Shown piece after piece: positions 46,060 through 47,073 of a stretch of 47,073 nt of DNA (its first letter is position 1; each line of letters opens with the position of its first letter). Location of the stretch: the NCBI GenBank assembly GCA_903831595.1, contig CAIKXY010000001.1, positions 1 to 47,073 of the forward strand, in the 5' to 3' direction. The stretch comes from an uncultured bacterium (GTDB lineage Bacteria; Patescibacteriota; Minisyncoccia; Phycocordibacterales; GWA1-40-21). Position numbers and translations under genes: made by a program. The notes beneath the pieces are model-generated. The model searched no databases, had not been told where the DNA came from, and was given only the letters and a program-made list of their open reading frames with translations.

Positions 46060-46520
46060 CCATTATATGGACTGTATACCTTTTAAAAACGAGACAGGGA
46101 ATCGACCCTTACAGGGTCAGTACCCCGATTGGATATTTTGTTTCGTTATGCTCACAAAATATACTCAATCGGGCTTCGATCCCTGACATAAGCAAAGACT
46201 TTTGCTTATTTCTCCGGAGCCTAAAAATCAAAAAGACCCAAACAATGGGTCTAATGATTTTTGGCTCGCCCTTCTCCAAGACTTTCGAACATTTGACTGG
46301 GCTGACGAATACAAGTATCCGACCGTCGTTCTCTCCCAAATGAACCAACTGCTGGCCGAATGCAAAGAGGGATAACCCCAATTTGCCACTTGTTTGCCCC
46401 TGTGGCGAGCGGTTGAGTCGGAGTTAGAGATTTGCACCGATCAGAAACCCTGAACCGAACGTAAACCATTTTTGCGACCGTAATGAGATTTGCTTAAGTT
46501 AAGCAATGTTAAGCAAATAT
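46060..46520. ncRNA. Unclassified highly structured region of about 460 nt
   Basis: Many long stems (e.g. CCCGATTG/CAATCGGG, GAGCC-AAAAATCA-AGACCCA hairpin, TCCGAC/GTCGGA); GC richer than flanks; only implausible overlapping ORFs. Confidence 0.6.
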
Positions 46521-46529
46521 GACCGATTT

Positions 46530-47072
46530 CTAATTTGCTAACAAATCGCAAATTTGAAGATATCTATCAAATAACTTTCTACACATCTCCTTGTTACCAA
46601 TCTCGGCATAGACCTTGATCATGTTTTCAAAACCTCCATGACCAGTATTTTTATATAGGTGATGCACACCCTCCATTTTCATTTTTGGATTATCAAGCAC
46701 AATCGCTAAGCCTAAGTGGAAATATCTGGAATTAGAAGTAAAAAAGTCTGTATTTGGGTAGTTATTATTCTTAAGCAGATTAATAAACAAGGAAATGTTA
46801 CCGCATAATTCTTGGGTTTTAATTAATAAGGCATTCCATGATGACTTCTCAGTCAAAACAATATTATTTTTATAATTTGAAAGTTTTTTATAAAGCCCTC
46901 GAATTTTAGCAGGAGTATTTGCTTTTTTGATGTTTGTTGTAAAGATCTGCTCTAGCTTTGGGTCATATTTATATCCATTCTCTTCTGGCTTTTCTATGGC
47001 CACATTGGCATTTTTATTGAATTTCTTACAAAAATCTAGGTAGCGTTCTTTAAGTTCACGGAAATCTGAATC
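46530..47072 (-). CDS. Hypothetical protein, 5'-truncated by the window edge
   Basis: The frame stays open upstream of 47003 to the window end (DSDFRELKERYLDFCKKFNKNANVAIEK...). Confidence 0.7.
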   Translation of the reverse strand, partial: DSDFRELKERYLDFCKKFNKNANVAIEKPEENGYKYDPKLEQIFTTNIKKANTPAKIRGLYKKLSNYKNNIVLTEKSSWNALLIKTQELCGNISLFINLLKNNNYPNTDFFTSNSRYFHLGLAIVLDNPKMKMEGVHHLYKNTGHGGFENMIKVYAEIGNKEMCRKLFDRYLQICDLLAN

Positions 47073-47073
47073 A

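Noticed and set aside
46217-46267. GAGCC...GGCTC hairpin as group II intron domain V
   Set aside because: 51 nt rather than about 34, no GNRA loop or catalytic bulge, and no domain VI/AY end.
46109-46469. Three overlapping minus-strand ORFs (69-90 aa)
   Set aside because: Mutually overlapping, atypical composition, no RBS; better explained by locally higher GC in a structured region.
1-47073. CRISPR array, cas genes, transposases, prophage structural genes
   Set aside because: No regularly spaced direct repeats or recognisable motifs seen.
39-47073. Alternative genetic code (TGA recoded, as in Gracilibacteria/Absconditabacteria)
   Set aside because: Core genes are full length under the standard code and TGA is used as a plausible stop (15376, 36080, 38528).

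Overview
AT-rich bacterial chromosome segment (standard genetic code). Gene content points to Patescibacteria/CPR, probably Parcubacteria: a truncated HolB-like protein, short ProRS, MurF without its N-domain, a sigma-like HTH/HARE-HTH protein and GxVLGxST surface proteins. This assignment is an inference. 1-15.2 kb and 17.9-29 kb are mostly core genes (frr, rseP, proS, mreBC, mrdA, greA, lysS, mraZ-rsmH-ftsL-ftsI-murF, yqeY, rmuC, leuS, mltG, truB, typA), several apparently leaderless. Interspersed, and dominant from about 37 kb on, are self-contained orphan expression units with a TTGACA/TTGACT promoter, a strong AGGAGG Shine-Dalgarno and their own terminator, almost all on the minus strand. 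The most notable element is an unannotated, extensively base-paired RNA gene of about 390 nt (29160-29552, minus) with its own promoter and terminator. It contains a module resembling the L1 stalk (H76-H78) of 23S rRNA and lies directly upstream of typA. Other highlights: a second structured RNA region of about 460 nt next to an apparent tRNA-Asn 3' fragment, a 26-codon ORF with a sequestered RBS, a 90-bp promoter/leader shared by two unrelated genes, four small HTH-like paralogs beside tRNA-Glu, a deletion scar fusing two genes, and two beta-barrel-like proteins. All calls are by eye; no database searches or folding programs were run.
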